In this document: one piece after another, positions 1 to 8,705 of the stretch
How the letters are laid out: each line of letters starts with the position of its first letter
Position numbering within the stretch: position 1 is the first letter of the stretch
Notes under the pieces: model-generated
The model's input: only the letters and a program-made list of their open reading frames with translations
What the model was told of the DNA's origin: nothing
Database searches by the model: none
NCBI GenBank assembly: GCA_963765145.1
Contig: CAVXVG010000026.1
Location: 160,001-224,000 of the forward strand
Direction of reading: 5' to 3'
Source of the DNA: Parachlamydiales bacterium
GTDB taxonomy: Bacteria > Chlamydiota > Chlamydiia > Chlamydiales > JAJFMK01
Length of the DNA stretch: 64,000 nt
Position numbers and translations under genes: made by a program

Positions 1-2361
1 TTGCAGGTGGGTTCAGAATTTACTATTAACTATTTGTCTCCTGGCACCGGCGTCAGCAATCCTGAAGTGGAAATTCTTTCTTTAGGTGCAAATAGCACTG
101 TTGCAGCGCTTTATACTCAAGGGGGCACAGGGAAGAATGTTATCGATTTTACCCTCTTAGGCAATACATTTGACGTGCTTAACTCAACCAGCACAACTTT
201 AAGCTTAAATGGTACGCTGACTTCAAGCTCTGTAACGACAGCAAATGGGGTGATGACAGCCTTAGTGTCAAGCGGCAGCACAAGTAATCTTCCAACACTT
301 GTACTTTATCCTAAGACCGGAGGAGCCCCTACACAGGTGGCTTTAGGGTCTACTAAATATTCTAATGGGGCTTTGTCAACAACAGAATTAAGCAATGGAG
401 ACGTTGCAGTCTTTTGGACCTCAAATGGTTTGGCCTATGGCTCAATCGTCACCTCTTCCGGCAGTGCGGTCGTTAACCCCACTCTTGTGGGTAGCTGCGC
501 TACAGTTGCCCCCATCTCAGTGGCTCAATTACAGGATGGAAATCTGGTTTTTGGAACCATTAATACCTCAAATCAAGCTGTGTATGAAATTGTTAATGCC
601 GCCCTGACAACGATTGTAAAAGCGTCAGTCATTGTTGATGGTTGCACAGGAGAAACTCAAGTATCACTCACTAGATTGCGGGACGGTTTTGGATGTTTGG
701 TATATGATGGAACAACGGTTAATAATTACTACCTGGACTCTGCGGGCAATTTGAAGGGTCAAATTCCTGTGGATGTGGGAAGTGGTGCCGCCAACGAAAG
801 GCTGTCTCTCGTATCTTCTTTAACAGGCTCCGTTGGTTCAAGCCAAATGGTAGTGAGCGTCGTGCAGAATGGCGGACTTAATGTCGAGTTGAGTTTAGCG
901 CAAATCGATGCAGCGCCCCTGCTTTCTGTCCCCATTTCTTCACCACAAACGTTTCAAGTGGGAGAGCAAGTGGCTCTTCCGGCTAACTTTACAGATGTGG
1001 ATGCCTCATGGGGAGATACATTGACCTATGGCGTTACCACAACACCTACGAGCGGCCCCAATTTATCTTTTAACGGGACCCACGTAGTGGGAACGGTCGA
1101 GCCAAGCAATAGAGGCAATTTCACAAGCACATTAACCGCAACAGATACAGCCGGGCTTTCAGCTAATACCACTTTTAGTGTGAGCGTTCCTGATTCGCCT
1201 CTTGTCGTGACTCCTGTCACTTCGCCTGTCAATGTGACGTTGGGCTATCCCTTTTCTTGGTTTGTTCCAAACGGTACGATTTCATCGATCTTTAATGATA
1301 CTCTTAACTATGTGTGGGAAAGCATTCTTCCTACAGGCCTCTCATTTGATGCCCAAAAATTAGAAGTTTCGGGGACGGCCACCTCGGCTAACCCTTTAAC
1401 CATTTTCCAACAAGTGCTACGAGCAGTGAACCCCTTTGGCACCTCTGCTCAAACCAACATCACTTTGCAAACAATCAGCCTGCCACCAGAACCAAAAGCC
1501 CCCCTTCCAAACACTATATTCGCTACAGTTGGGTCGTATGTTTTAAATGTGGCCAATTTAGTGTCCGATGTCTTTAGTCTGACCTTTGGTTTGGAAGGAG
1601 CTCCATCTTCCCTTTCGATCGATCCAAATACAGGGCTGATATCTGGAGAAACAACATCTGCTCAGGTGGGGAACTACACATTCAATGTTACGATTTGCGA
1701 TCTGTTTAAGTGTCTTGTTTGGCAACCCGAGTTTAGCTTGACTTCTGTTACCCCTACTGGTGGGCCAAATGGCACTGCAGCTCCAACACCGCCTGTACCA
1801 ACTGCTCCTGCGATCACAAACCCTGTAACAAGTTCAGTCACAACAGGACAGTCGTTCTATTTTAAACTGCCTAACTTATGCTCAGTTCCCACGGTTCTTA
1901 ATGGCACTCCAAGCGTCGATTGGCTTACCTTTGGACAAGACTCTTCAGGCGATTATTACATCCAAAGTAATGGTAACGTTCCTTACACAGCTTTTGACGA
2001 TACTCCCATTTCAGTTGCTATTCATGTTGCCAGCAAGGCTGATCCTTCAGGCCCGGCGACAATCTATGATTTACCATTAGGGGTCCAAGGCCTAGCTGCT
2101 TGGCAGTTAGCGCTGGCGGTCGTTTCTCCTGTGGTAGGAATAGGTCTCAGTATAGCTAGTTTTTTTGGAGTCAGGCAATGGCTCCAAAATAGAGCCAAAA
2201 ACGCGGCTAAAGCGCTTAGTAAAACAGACTTAGGCGGAAGAATGAAATCACTTTCCAGAAAAAATTCAACAAGTAGCGGAATTAAGATGGAAGACGGAAC
2301 TCTAAGTGATCTCGATTTACCATCAACGCCTACACCTAAACGCGTGAGCGACTTCGAATAA
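1..2361 (+). CDS. Ser/Thr-rich surface/membrane protein with tandem Ig-/cadherin-like (He_PIG/CADG-type) domains and one C-terminal TM helix; probably 5'-truncated by window
   Basis: Motifs FTDVDASWGDTLTY, LPTGLSFDAQKLEVSGT, APSSLSIDPNTGLISG; hydrophobic WQLALAVVSPVVGIGLSIASFFGV followed by a basic tail. Confidence 0.65.
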   Translation: MQVGSEFTINYLSPGTGVSNPEVEILSLGANSTVAALYTQGGTGKNVIDFTLLGNTFDVLNSTSTTLSLNGTLTSSSVTTANGVMTALVSSGSTSNLPTLVLYPKTGGAPTQVALGSTKYSNGALSTTELSNGDVAVFWTSNGLAYGSIVTSSGSAVVNPTLVGSCATVAPISVAQLQDGNLVFGTINTSNQAVYEIVNAALTTIVKASVIVDGCTGETQVSLTRLRDGFGCLVYDGTTVNNYYLDSAGNLKGQIPVDVGSGAANERLSLVSSLTGSVGSSQMVVSVVQNGGLNVELSLAQIDAAPLLSVPISSPQTFQVGEQVALPANFTDVDASWGDTLTYGVTTTPTSGPNLSFNGTHVVGTVEPSNRGNFTSTLTATDTAGLSANTTFSVSVPDSPLVVTPVTSPVNVTLGYPFSWFVPNGTISSIFNDTLNYVWESILPTGLSFDAQKLEVSGTATSANPLTIFQQVLRAVNPFGTSAQTNITLQTISLPPEPKAPLPNTIFATVGSYVLNVANLVSDVFSLTFGLEGAPSSLSIDPNTGLISGETTSAQVGNYTFNVTICDLFKCLVWQPEFSLTSVTPTGGPNGTAAPTPPVPTAPAITNPVTSSVTTGQSFYFKLPNLCSVPTVLNGTPSVDWLTFGQDSSGDYYIQSNGNVPYTAFDDTPISVAIHVASKADPSGPATIYDLPLGVQGLAAWQLALAVVSPVVGIGLSIASFFGVRQWLQNRAKNAAKALSKTDLGGRMKSLSRKNSTSSGIKMEDGTLSDLDLPSTPTPKRVSDFE

Positions 2362-2377
2362 TCCGCGAATCGTTAGG

Positions 2378-2400
2378 AGCCCCCAAGAAACTGGGGGTTT
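2378..2400 (+). terminator. Probable intrinsic terminator hairpin
   Basis: AGCCCCCA-AGAAAC-TGGGGGTT then T, 17 bp after the stop of the first gene. Confidence 0.5.
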
Positions 2401-2406
2401 CTAACT

Positions 2407-2681
2407 GCCTTGTTGCCTAATTGCACCTGATTGCCAGTTTTTCCTGCAGCCCTTCAGGCTGCCCATATAAAGTTTCGTCTTAGACCCGGGGCGTTGCCCA
2501 CGGGCTGTTGCAGTTTTGACCTTTCAGGCCAATCAAAATGTGTATTAAGGATTTTCCGGCTGAAAGCCGGATAGTTGCAACAGCCTGTGGGCAACGCCCC
2601 AGGTTAAGGATGGAAAATGAAAATGGCAGCCTGAAGGGCTGCAGGAAGAACGAAAAGTTGATAACTATTATGCAACAAGAC
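2407..2681. repeat. Composite palindromic element: family D termini enclosing a REPIN-like pair of multi-hairpin arms
   Basis: Outer IR GCCTTGTTGCCTAAT (2407) / ATTATGCAACAAGAC (2667); perfect 23-bp IR 2441-2463 / 2625-2647; inner IR 2484-2512 / 2576-2604. Confidence 0.85.
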
Positions 2682-2701
2682 CTTTTCTGATACCCGAGGG
2701 A

Positions 2702-3211
2702 TTATTTTGAATTGGCTTCGCTGTTGATGCCGGCGGTTAATAGGCCGCCTTCAGCAATCTTTGTCAGCTTTTTGTCTGCAGCACTTTCTTGATCAAGGTT
2801 GGTTTTGAGCAATGCAACAATTTCTGTTAGTCCAAGTTCAGTCGCAAAGCTTTTCAGCGTGCCGTAAGTAGCAATTTCGTAGTGTTCAATTCTTTGAGCT
2901 TTAGCAATGATAGCAGCATCACGCAACGCTGATTTGGAGAATTCTTTAACAACTGCATCACATTCTGCAATCAGCCCTTTCATTGCTTTGCATGAGGTGG
3001 CTTCGGGCTCGATTTTCAGAAGTGAGAATATCTTGTTTAACCTATCAATGTGTCCATCGGTCTCTTTTAAGTGGTGAGTTAAGGCATCTTTGAGTTCGAG
3101 GGAGTCTGAGGCTTTAATTAAATTAGGAAGCCCTTTAGTGATTTGATGCTCTCCATCTAGTATGTCTTTAAGTTCTTCAATAAAGAGATCTTTCATGTTT
3201 TCTTTAGTCAT
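2702..3211 (-). CDS. Ferritin-like DUF892 (YciE/YciF family) stress protein
   Basis: ELKDILDGEHQ, HLKETDGHIDRL, AQRIEHYEIATYGTL; start set to ATG 3211 after GAAGGAGA RBS. Confidence 0.9.
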   Translation of the reverse strand: MTKENMKDLFIEELKDILDGEHQITKGLPNLIKASDSLELKDALTHHLKETDGHIDRLNKIFSLLKIEPEATSCKAMKGLIAECDAVVKEFSKSALRDAAIIAKAQRIEHYEIATYGTLKSFATELGLTEIVALLKTNLDQESAADKKLTKIAEGGLLTAGINSEANSK

Positions 3212-3243
3212 AATTTTCTCCTTCATCTCTTTAGTATTTAAAA

Positions 3244-3268
3244 GCCTTCCCCCGGAAAGAGGGAAGGC
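3244..3268 (-). terminator. Intrinsic terminator after csbD-like gene
   Basis: GCCTTCCC...GGGAAGGC stem followed by TTTT on the minus strand. Confidence 0.6.
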
Positions 3269-3283
3269 AAGTCTTTTCAAAGA

Positions 3284-3631
3284 TTACAGTCTGGCTTTTT
3301 CTCTTTGCTCTGGACCTTTTTCTTTTTGTCCAGGTTGACCTTGACGTGATTGGTTACCTTGTTGAGGTTGACCATGACGTGGTTGGCCTTGTTGAGGTTG
3401 TCCTTGACCTTGACGAGAATCACCTTTAGAAGAAGTGTGTTCTGGTTTAAAGTCACGGATTTGTTGCTCAGCTTGCTCTTTTTTGCAGCCATAAGCTTTT
3501 TGGATACAGTTGCACAATGCATCGAATTTACCGTTGCATGCTGTCAAATCAGCGTCTGACAATTTGTTCCATTTTTGTTTAATTTGGCTTTTAAGTTGTG
3601 ACCATTGGCCTTCTAGTTGTTCTTTTTGCAT
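3284..3631 (-). CDS. CsbD-family stress protein with Gln/Gly-rich tail
   Basis: LEGQWSQLKSQIKQKWNKLSDADL...IQKAYG; GQPQQG repeats. Confidence 0.85.
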   Translation of the reverse strand: MQKEQLEGQWSQLKSQIKQKWNKLSDADLTACNGKFDALCNCIQKAYGCKKEQAEQQIRDFKPEHTSSKGDSRQGQGQPQQGQPRHGQPQQGNQSRQGQPGQKEKGPEQREKARL

Positions 3632-3658
3632 ACAATTTCTCCATTATTATGGGTTTGT

Positions 3659-4216
3659 TTATTTGTGACTTTGAACAGAAACGTTGCTTTTTACGCTTCT
3701 AACGCCTTCTACAGACTTAACAAGCGCTTCAAGCTTAGCTTTTTCAGCATCAGAAGCGACTGTTCCAGAAATGGTGACTTGGCCGTTTCCATCAGCTGTG
3801 ACAAGAGCTGCTCTTGCATTGCTTGAAAGTGCGGTGTCTTTTTGGATTGCTCTACGTACTTTATCGCCTACATTAGTAGAAGCGTCGTTTAAAGAGATGT
3901 AGCTGGTTGAGCCGCTCATCATTTGACCAGGTCTAGAAGCATTTTGATTGTTGTTTGAGCTTGGGTTGCTGTTTTGGTAGGTGCCTGAGCTTTGATTGGT
4001 GTTTGCTGGGGTTTTGTTGTAGTTGTACTTGTTGTTATTGTTGTAATAAGGCCCCATAGCTTCATTATCATAGTTTTGCTCAGATACGTGGCCGCCTTGG
4101 TAGTAAGGAATGCTCTCGTTCATTCCTTCTTGATAATCTCTGTTGTTTTGGTTTCCCCAAGCTGCTAAAGAAGAAGCGCTTGCGATCATTGCTAGGCAAA
4201 TGATTAAAGTTTTCAT
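3659..4216 (-). CDS. Secreted BON-domain protein
   Basis: Signal peptide, Asn-rich linker, GQVTISGTVASDAEK...VEGVRSVKSNV. Confidence 0.85.
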   Translation of the reverse strand: MKTLIICLAMIASASSLAAWGNQNNRDYQEGMNESIPYYQGGHVSEQNYDNEAMGPYYNNNNKYNYNKTPANTNQSSGTYQNSNPSSNNNQNASRPGQMMSGSTSYISLNDASTNVGDKVRRAIQKDTALSSNARAALVTADGNGQVTISGTVASDAEKAKLEALVKSVEGVRSVKSNVSVQSHK

Positions 4217-4433
4217 TGTTTCTCTCCTCTTAAAAGATAGTTTCGTCTTTAATCGCTAATCGTCAGCTTCTTATACTAATAACAGTTGTATTGCTGAAGT
4301 TAGCGGTTCTTTAAGTTCCTCATATCATTTAACTATTTAAAAGAAATGTTAATTTGTTTCTTTTTGAATATGTGTGGTTTGTGCGGTTTGATCCAATCAG
4401 AGGAATGCTATTAGGGAAAATAAATTTACAAGA

Positions 4434-4629
4434 TTTAACAGGATGAACAATTTAACAGGATGAACAAGATGAACAGGATAAGCTATGCCTAGTTCTATTT
4501 TTAAGTGGTGAAAGCAACGAAAAAGAGGGATTTGTTAAAGTAGGCCATCTCTTCCATTATTCCTTTATGAATAGAGCGCCTTTTAGTGGGCAGAGCTTAT
4601 CCTGTTCATCTTGTTCACCCTGTTAAATT
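4434..4629. repeat. Inverted repeat built from ACAGGATGA-type 9-mers (family F)
   Basis: AATTTAACAGGATGAACAAGATGAACAGGATAAGCT (4449-4484) pairs with 4594-4629; related copy at 6581-6653. Confidence 0.85.
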
Positions 4630-4741
4630 TATAGGACGCTTTTTTTTAGGTTGATGGGCTTGCCTGTGATGTTCTTATTTGCTCTAAAAGGGATGTGGCT
4701 TCAAAATCATCCTATCTTTTAATCCCGAGTCCTTCAAACTT

Positions 4742-5551
4742 ATGAAAAAAATTTTCTTGCTTATTCTGTCACTTAGTGCGCTTGCAGCTACAACCTTTGA
4801 TGACGATTTTCAAAAATATCTCGACGAATTTCCTTTCGAACATTACTCAGTAGCAGTAGTCCAAGGGCAAGGTAAATTCTATATCGATCCGATCCCGGAT
4901 TGTATTAAAGGCTTTCTACGAGAAGGTAATGTGTGGGAACCCCATATCATCAAATTGCTTAGGCAATATGTAAAAAAGGGGACAGTGGCGGTTGATATCG
5001 GCGCACACATTGGCACTCATACTGTGCGAATGGCAAAATTTGTGGGTCCAACAGGAAAAGTGGTGGCCATTGAACCTCATCCAAAACACTTTCGAGAACT
5101 TTATTGGAATTGTAAATTGAACAATGTTGATGATGTTGTCGAATTGCACCACTGTGCTGTAGGCGGAAGTGAAAGAATGGTCCGCATCAAATCTGGTCCT
5201 GCAGGAAACGAAGGCCATGCAGAAATTGCTAGAGATGATGAAAAGGAGGGTGTTGCTGTTCTAATGCGTACCGTGGATAGTTTCAATCTCAACAACATCT
5301 CTTTGATGAAAATTGACGTTGAAAATTTTGAAGAAGAAGTTCTTGGGGCTTCACGAGAGACAATCCAACGAAATAGACCAGTCATCATCATCGAAATTTT
5401 AGGCGGTTCTTGGTTTCATTATGAGACAGTAACTCCTGAGCTTCGCGCTGAAATAGAAAGGATCAAAAACATCCTTGGAGACATGGGTTATCGTGTTGAA
5501 AGGGTGTATGGTTGCGATTTCCTCGCCATCCCTAAAGAGAAAAAGAGATAA
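4742..5551 (+). CDS. FkbM-family SAM methyltransferase with N-terminal signal peptide
   Basis: VDIGAHIGTH, AIEP, LMKIDVENFEEEVL, RPVIIIE. Confidence 0.9.
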   Translation: MKKIFLLILSLSALAATTFDDDFQKYLDEFPFEHYSVAVVQGQGKFYIDPIPDCIKGFLREGNVWEPHIIKLLRQYVKKGTVAVDIGAHIGTHTVRMAKFVGPTGKVVAIEPHPKHFRELYWNCKLNNVDDVVELHHCAVGGSERMVRIKSGPAGNEGHAEIARDDEKEGVAVLMRTVDSFNLNNISLMKIDVENFEEEVLGASRETIQRNRPVIIIEILGGSWFHYETVTPELRAEIERIKNILGDMGYRVERVYGCDFLAIPKEKKR

Positions 5552-5561
5552 GTTCGGAAAT

Positions 5562-5667
5562 TGTAGCTTAGGCTTTAGCCTGAGTTCGTTTTTGCGGGTT
5601 TTAACCCGCAAGATTCCAGCAGGAATAAAGTCCTGAAAAACGAGCTCAGGCTAAAGCCTAAGCTACA
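5562..5667. repeat. 106-bp palindromic MITE/REP-like element (family A), intact copy between convergent genes
   Basis: TGTAGCTTAGGCTTTAGCCTGAGTTCGTTTT...AAAACGAGCTCAGGCTAAAGCCTAAGCTACA with two internal hairpins; interrupted copy at 17655-18051. Confidence 0.9.
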
Positions 5668-5676
5668 TTTCTTGGT

Positions 5677-6468
5677 TTACTTTCTAATTAAAGTGGTGGA
5701 GCTGATGTAAGGGCGTCTTTTTGGGTCCGCTTGATGTCCACCGTTTGGGCCGGAGCCATAGCGGGGAGCCCTGTAAAGCGCGTCGATGTTGTTCGTATTG
5801 AGAAAGGTGTAAGGGATTTTTTCTAATAGATCATCTCGTATGAAGAAAAGGTTAACTCCTCGGGATTCTGCATACACAAGGGAATAGCCCTTGGATCTTC
5901 CTAAGTTAAACATGGCCAAAAAGCTGCCTCCGAAATAATTGGTGCCGTCCCACATGGTTGTTGGGTGATAAAGAACAATTTTGTCCTCATGAGGCAAATG
6001 GGTTGCATTGTATTCGATCACAACAACATCAGGTTTATAGCTTTTGTCGACAGCTTGCCATACATAAAAATCATTATAGTCTATGTCGATCGATAGCAAC
6101 TCCAAATTTTTTGGAACATGGTGTTTCTTAAACAGGTCATTAATGTTGGATTTGGTGATGAATTCTTTTTGTAAATTAATTTGAGGGATGTGCCAGCTGC
6201 CATCCATTAAAAGACCTTTCCAGCCAGCTTCTCTTAAAAGACGTGTATTGCACTCGTTGCCGCTTTCACAGCCGAATTCAACATAGGTGCCGGTTGACTT
6301 TCCTATACATTCGAAAATCATTTTGATGACGCCATCTTCACCATTTTGGCTGTAGACTCTAGCTTCATGTTGAGCTAGATCTATAACTGCTTTTTCTTGT
6401 GAAAAAGCAAGGCAGGGAAGCACTGCCAGTAATAGTAGAGCAAATAAAAAGTTGCGTGTAGGTTGCAT
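5677..6468 (-). CDS. FkbM-like methyltransferase-domain protein with signal peptide
   Basis: YSQNGEDGVI, YVEFG, LLSIDIDYNDFYVW, VVVIEYN, GVNLFFIR; start moved to ATG 6468. Confidence 0.75.
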   Translation of the reverse strand: MQPTRNFLFALLLLAVLPCLAFSQEKAVIDLAQHEARVYSQNGEDGVIKMIFECIGKSTGTYVEFGCESGNECNTRLLREAGWKGLLMDGSWHIPQINLQKEFITKSNINDLFKKHHVPKNLELLSIDIDYNDFYVWQAVDKSYKPDVVVIEYNATHLPHEDKIVLYHPTTMWDGTNYFGGSFLAMFNLGRSKGYSLVYAESRGVNLFFIRDDLLEKIPYTFLNTNNIDALYRAPRYGSGPNGGHQADPKRRPYISSTTLIRK

Positions 6469-6580
6469 GAGGGGTTTCCAAATGAGATTTTGGAAAAATG
6501 TTACTAAAGAACCAATTGCAAAAGTAGACCTAAATGCCACCCATATGAACATAAGGGTTTTTTGGTTTTAATCTATAGAT

Positions 6581-6653
6581 AACAGGATGAACAGGATAAG
6601 CTTTGCCCACTAAAATCTATTTGTGAGCGAAGCTTATCCTGTTCACCCTGTTA
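6581..6653. repeat. Short family F inverted repeat
   Basis: AACAGGATGAACAGGATAAGCTT...AAGCTTATCCTGTTCACCCTGTT. Confidence 0.85.
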
Positions 6654-6678
6654 TTTTGATGTTTTTACCAATTGAGAC

Positions 6679-7660
6679 CTAAGTGCTGGCGTTGAAGGCG
6701 CGAATGATACCGTAGATTTCGCGAATGCCTAGAGTGGAGGCACTGAATAGAAAATAGGAGGGGATGGCTTTGGGTTGAAATTTTAGCCAATATTCTCTTG
6801 CTCCGTGCACATCAAAGTACTTGGTACCGGTTTTAAAAACTTTTCTGGCGATCCAAGAGGAGGTGCGTCCTAGTCCGACGATTTCTCCCAATTCTGCTCC
6901 AGGAGAGGGGCCGAAAGATAAAAAGCGGCAACCTTCTTCTCGCAAGGTTTCAATAGCGGTCACAATCATCCTTTCAGATGTGCCATTAGGGGCATCAGGA
7001 GTAATCATTAACAAATAGACTAGCCAACCGTTGTGAAAATCAAGCCGTGTCATGACGAGAGTGCCCACCATTTTTCCGCGGCACATGGCATAAAACCATC
7101 TTTTCCCTTCTCGTGGAGTAAGGGGCTGTGCTAAAGATGCTACCACACGAGGACCTGTCTGATTTTTTAACCAAGCATCTGTCACTTCGGCAATTTGCTT
7201 TTCGATAGCTTCATCATAGGGGATATATTCACGGGCTTCGACCCCTTCTTTTTCCGAGTGGTTCATTTTTTTTCTGATGATTCGCCCTTTTGAACCCTCT
7301 GCAACATCATCTTGCGGGTCAACAAACAGTTCCATTCCAATTTCAATTAAGGCGCCGCAATGTTTGCCCATCGCCCAATTCATAAAGGGGGGGCACACTG
7401 TTAAGTAGATCACCGATTTGTTGCGACTTTGCGAAAAGGTGTGAAAAGCCTGAACGAGCATTTCATAATCGTCAGGAGAACAAACCGGCTCTCCATAGAC
7501 AACATGACTGCCAGAAACCGATCGATAGCCAATGGCACCATCGAGTTCTGGAATGAGAAAAGATTTCGCAGTTAGGATCAAGTAATGAGATGGCAGCAGA
7601 AGAGCCCCAGCGGCTCACAAGTTCTGCAATGTTTGGCTGTGTAGCGGTCAAAAGTGTCAT
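6679..7660 (-). pseudogene. DUF2156 / MprF C-terminal (aminoacyl-transferase GNAT) domain gene with a +1 frameshift near 7558-7561 (pseudogene or sequencing error)
   Basis: ORF 7472-7660 N-terminus ...LLDPNCEIF joins LIPELDGAIGYR of ORF 6679-7581 if one T of TTTT is removed; YGEPVC, PDAPNGTSE, KFQP motifs. Confidence 0.7.
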
Positions 7661-7696
7661 TAGGCTTTAAATACTTCAGAGTAAAATAAATTGTAC

Positions 7697-8560
7697 ATGA
7701 AAAGATTCCATCCGTTGAATTCTGAGGAACAGAGAGTTATCCTCAATAAAGGGACTGAATATCCCGGCTCCGGCCCTTACGAAGATTTAAAGGAGCCAGG
7801 TGTCTATCTTTGTCGCCAGTGCGACGCACCTCTTTACCTCTCTTCTGACAAATTTGCGTCCGGTTGTGGTTGGCCAAGTTTTGATGATGAGATCGAAGGG
7901 GCAGTCGAAAGGAAAGTGGACAAAGATGGGATGAGGACAGAAATTCTTTGTACCCACTGCGGCGGGCATTTGGGCCATGTGTTTACAGGCGAAAGGCTTA
8001 CTGGCAAGAATGTTAGACACTGCGTAAATTCGGTCTCGTTAAACTTTAATCCGCTTAAAACAGAATCGGGCTACGAGCGAGCGCTTTTTGCAGGTGGATG
8101 TTTTTGGGGGGTCGAACATTTCTTTAAAGACCTAAAAGGTGTTGTAAAAACTACAGTTGGGTATATCGGGGGGCATGTTGCAATGCCAACCTATGAAGAG
8201 GTATGTACAGGAAAAACAGGGCATGCAGAGGCCCTTGAGGTTATTTTTGATCCTAAAAAAACTAGCTACGAAGAATTAGTTAGGTTGTTTTTTGAAATCC
8301 ATGACCCAACAGAGTTAGATCGACAAGGGCCAGATCGAGGGCATCAATACAGGTCAGCCGTCTTTTATTTGAGCAACGAGCAAAAACAGATCGCTGAAAA
8401 GTGTGCAAATATTCTGAAAGGGGAGGGGTTTGGTGTAGTCACCGAGATTGTCCCATCCTCAAAGTTTTATCCTGCAGAAACCTATCACCAAGACTACTAT
8501 GGCAAAACCGGCAAAGAACCTTATTGCCACATAAGGGTGAAGAGATTCCCTACTGCCTAG
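7697..8560 (+). CDS. msrBA: Bifunctional methionine sulfoxide reductase MsrB-MsrA
   Basis: MsrB GCGWPSF, HLGHVF, RHCVNS; MsrA GGCFWG, GHAEA, YHQDYY. Confidence 0.95.
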   Translation: MKRFHPLNSEEQRVILNKGTEYPGSGPYEDLKEPGVYLCRQCDAPLYLSSDKFASGCGWPSFDDEIEGAVERKVDKDGMRTEILCTHCGGHLGHVFTGERLTGKNVRHCVNSVSLNFNPLKTESGYERALFAGGCFWGVEHFFKDLKGVVKTTVGYIGGHVAMPTYEEVCTGKTGHAEALEVIFDPKKTSYEELVRLFFEIHDPTELDRQGPDRGHQYRSAVFYLSNEQKQIAEKCANILKGEGFGVVTEIVPSSKFYPAETYHQDYYGKTGKEPYCHIRVKRFPTA

Positions 8561-8564
8561 GAGT

Positions 8565-8702
8565 CCCTTGCCCCTGCCCGGTTTATTAATCAAAGAGAGC
8601 TTTAGTTCGCAACGCGTTTGGAGTGCGCAAGTCCTCTTGCGCTTTCACTTTTCACTGACAAGTCAAAGCTAAACAGGAGTTTAGCACTCCAAGCGCTTCG
8701 CG
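8565..8702. repeat. Hexamer arm (CCCTTG-type) followed by a family E palindromic element
   Basis: CCCTTGCCCCTGCCCG 8565-8580; GCGTTTGGAGTGCGCAAG...GTTTAGCACTCCAAGCGCTTCGCG 8602-8702; related copies at 17589-18119, 27448-27517 and 48027-48190. Confidence 0.8.
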
Positions 8703-8705
8703 TGA

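Noticed and set aside
3330..3415. Short DNA repeats in the csbD-like gene
   Set aside because: Explained by the low-complexity GQPQQG coding tail
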